Below, piece by piece: positions 46,426 through 49,007 of a stretch of DNA of 49,007 bases. The position numbers were made by a program, and so were the translations under genes. Under the pieces are notes generated by a model. It was not told the origin of the DNA and did not search any database. It saw only the letters and a program-made list of their open reading frames with translations. The stretch is from Candidatus Latescibacterota bacterium (GTDB taxonomy: Bacteria; Latescibacterota; UBA2968; UBA8231): assembly GCA_965205655.1 (NCBI GenBank), contig CBDBIJ010000068.1:1-49007 (forward strand). Direction: 5' to 3'. How positions within the stretch are numbered: position 1 is the stretch's first letter; the number at the start of each line of letters is the position of its first letter.

Positions 46426-48667
46426 CCCCATCCCAAGGCCATCCCCGCCCGATAGGTGACGAACGCGCCGACGTAGGAGAGTGCGGTCATGTACACGAAG
46501 GTGAAGATCGGCCATCGCCAGCCGCCGGTTTCGCGCTGAATGACTGCCAGGGTCGACATGCACTGGGCGCACAAAGCGAAGAAGACCATGATCGAGAGCG
46601 CCACCGGCACGTTGAACACGGCCGTGCCGTCAGGCCAGGTGGACGTTTTGAGGGCGGATCGAAGGTCCGACGAGGTCTCGTCGTGATCGCCACCGAGACT
46701 GTAGATGGTGCCGAGCACGGAGATGACCACCTCCCGAGCCGGAAACGAGGCGATGGCGGCCATGCCGATGCGCCAGTCCCATCCGAGAGGACGCACCACC
46801 GGCTCGACGAACCGCCCGGCCCTCCCAAGATAGCTCTCCCGTAGCAACTCCGCCGCCTGCCGTCGCTCGATGTCCTCGAGCGCGCCCGAAGAGGCGCTCG
46901 CATCAGACCCGATCGCCACCCGCTCGACCTCGTACTTCTCGAGAATAGTCGCCGAGCGCGGAAAGTAGGCGAGAGCCCACATGACGATGGTGGCGGCTAG
47001 AATGATGCTGCCGGCGCGCGCCACAAAGGCCCTGGGCGCTAAAAAATACCCGCAGTGTGACCGTTCGCGGATCGGGCCATTTGTAGGAGGCAGCTCCAAC
47101 AGCAGCGGTGGGGCCTGGCCGCCAAGCACCGTCTTTCTTCAGCAGCCAGGCAACCGGGATGGCGACGGCGACGCCGACGAAATAGAAGCCGAGCAGGGTT
47201 ACTCCCTGAAGGCCGACCAGGCTGCCCAACAACGGCCGGTCCGGGGATGAAGGCGGCGATGAAGAGGACGTAAACAGGCAGTCGGGCGGAACAGCTCATC
47301 AGTGGCGCCACCGCGATGGTGGCGATGCGGTCGCGGCGATCGTCGATGGTTCGGGTGGCCATGATACCGGGCACGGCGCAGGCGAAGCTCGACAGCAACG
47401 GAATGAACGACTGGCCAGACAAACCGCAGCGGCTCAGAAGCCGATCCATGAGAAAGGCGGCGCGCGCCATGTAGCCGCAGTCCTCGAGCACGGAGATGAA
47501 CAGGAAGAGAATGGCAATTTGAGGCAGAAAGATGAGCACACCGCCAACGCCGGCGACGACGCCGTCTATCAGAAGCGACCGGAGGGCACCTTGAGGGAGG
47601 ATCTCCGTCATGACGTTGCCGATCTGTGAAAACAAGCCGCCGATGGCGTCCATGAGCGGCGCCGACCATTGGTAGATTCCCTCAAAGATGACCAGGCAGA
47701 TCGCAACGAACGCGACCAGGCCGACCAACCTGTGGGTGAGGAGTCGATCGATGCGATCAGAGCCGCTGCTGCGAAGTCCCTGCGGCTGGTTCACGCAGCC
47801 TTCGAGCGCGCGATCGATCCAGGTATAACGGGCCTCGGCCTCGACGGAGCTGAGCGGAGCCGACACGCCGACCGCCGATCGCCTGTCTGCGAGTTCGGCG
47901 GCGAAGGGCTGTCCGAGATGCTCGACAAGACGAGCCCCGGCGCACCCCGCCCAGATCGACGAGGGCGCGGAGGGCCTCAACCGGAGACAGCGGCTGGCGC
48001 AGCGAGCCGTTGTCTCCCACGTCGCGAACCAGGTCGTCGACCTGCTGGCGCAGAGTCTGCGGGAACCGCGGCAGTGAGGGATAGGCCGCCGAGTCTCCCC
48101 TCTCGAGACACCGCGAGACGGCTTGACGGAGGTCATCGAGCCCCCTCGGCGGGAAGCGCACACCGGGATGACCTCGATTCCGAGGCGCGTCGACAGAGTG
48201 GCTGCATCGATGCGAATAGCGCGGGAAATGGCGACGTCGGTCATGTTGAGGGCGACGACGATCGGCAGCCCTGTTCCATGATCTGGGGACAACAGGTAGA
48301 GATTGCGGCGCACATTCGAGGCGTCGACGATGGAGAGCACCACATCCACAGGGGGCACCTCGGGCTGCTGTCCGAGCAGAACATCGACGGCGATCATTTC
48401 GTCCGGTGAGCTGGCGGCCAGGCTGTAGGCGCCGGGAAGGTCGACCAGATCTGCGACGGGGCCGTCACCGAGGGACACCGTGCCGACTCGGCGCTCAACC
48501 GTCACGCCGGCATAGTTGCCGACACGCTGAGCGAGCCCTGTGAGAGCGTTGAAGAGAGTCGTCTTCCCGGTGTTGGGATTGCCGACGAGTGCGACTGTCT
48601 TTGCAGGTGCTGAAACGGCTGAATTGGGGGGCGACATCCGAGTGGACGACATCCGGGCGGATGCCAT
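46422..48667 (-). CDS. feoB: Ferrous iron transporter FeoB (several frameshifts)
   Basis: G1 'GNPNTGKTT', 'VGNYAGVTVE', 'DLPGAYSL', 'NMTD', 'LEDCGYMARAAF', 'FACAVPGIMATR', 'MSCSARLPVY', 'AREVV', 'CAQCMST' spread over several frames. Confidence 0.93.
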
Positions 48668-48674
48668 GATGGGC

Positions 48675-48977
48675 TCAGGCTGTGCTCATAGCGGTCTCGA
48701 CAAGCTCGACGCGATGGAGGTGGTCGGGAACGACGATGGGAGACCCGCCGCCAACATCGGTAGGAGACGCGTCGACGCGGACAGAAGCCGCATCCCGCCG
48801 GCGAATACAGAGTCGGCCCTCGCCAATCTGGACGACAAGAGTCCAGCCGGCGCGCACGACGCGAATCTGTACGCCAGGGGTGAACCCCAGCTCCCGCAGT
48901 CGGGCTGCCAGTCGGGTGGAGCCGCGAACCTCGACGACCCGGGCCTCCTGGTCGCGCGACATTGTCGAAAGCGACAC
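48675..48977 (-). CDS. feoA: Ferrous iron transport protein FeoA (SH3-like)
   Basis: 'RLRELGFTPGVQIRVVR', 'VQIGEGRLCIRRRDAASVRV'; immediately upstream of feoB. Confidence 0.88.
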   Translation of the reverse strand: MSLSTMSRDQEARVVEVRGSTRLAARLRELGFTPGVQIRVVRAGWTLVVQIGEGRLCIRRRDAASVRVDASPTDVGGGSPIVVPDHLHRVELVETAMSTA

Positions 48978-49007
48978 CGGGTTGGAATCGGATCTACCGA
49001 GGAGGGG

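Overview
A GC-rich, diderm bacterial chromosome segment. A T9SS translocon (sprA), LptF/G, an isolated full-length fliG and cytoplasmic Asp-box/TauD/AKR enzymes suggest a non-Bacteroidota FCB-group organism, probably Latescibacterota-like (inference). Left part: AlkZ-like glycosylase, a HEAT-repeat/Omp85 barrel fusion, rhodanese plus sterol desaturase, a Kef K+ efflux operon, AKR, M20 hydrolase, TauD and a sialidase-like protein. Middle: an ATP-grasp-like ligase-larE-def-tRNA-Asp run, an SDR plus Gfo/Idh/MocA pair, a nested IS (IS1380 inside IS30, itself apparently in a small gene), a 7xLysM amidase, selA, and an orphan fliG divergent from a wHTH-PAS-pseudo-DHp gene and a HEAT-like gene separated by an IS256. 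Right part: lptF/lptG divergent from sprA-comEA-pilM-pilN-like-coaD-obgE-dprA, converging on feoA-feoB and a Cys-rich small protein. At least nine genes, including essential obgE, carry frameshifts, nearly all net +1, so these are most likely long-read sequencing errors. The best candidates for undescribed biology are the ATP-grasp/LarE/Def unit, the fliG/pseudo-kinase/HEAT locus, the SprA-competence gene linkage and the HEAT-Omp85 fusion. No CRISPR array or rRNA was seen. All calls come from reading motifs by eye, not from database searches.
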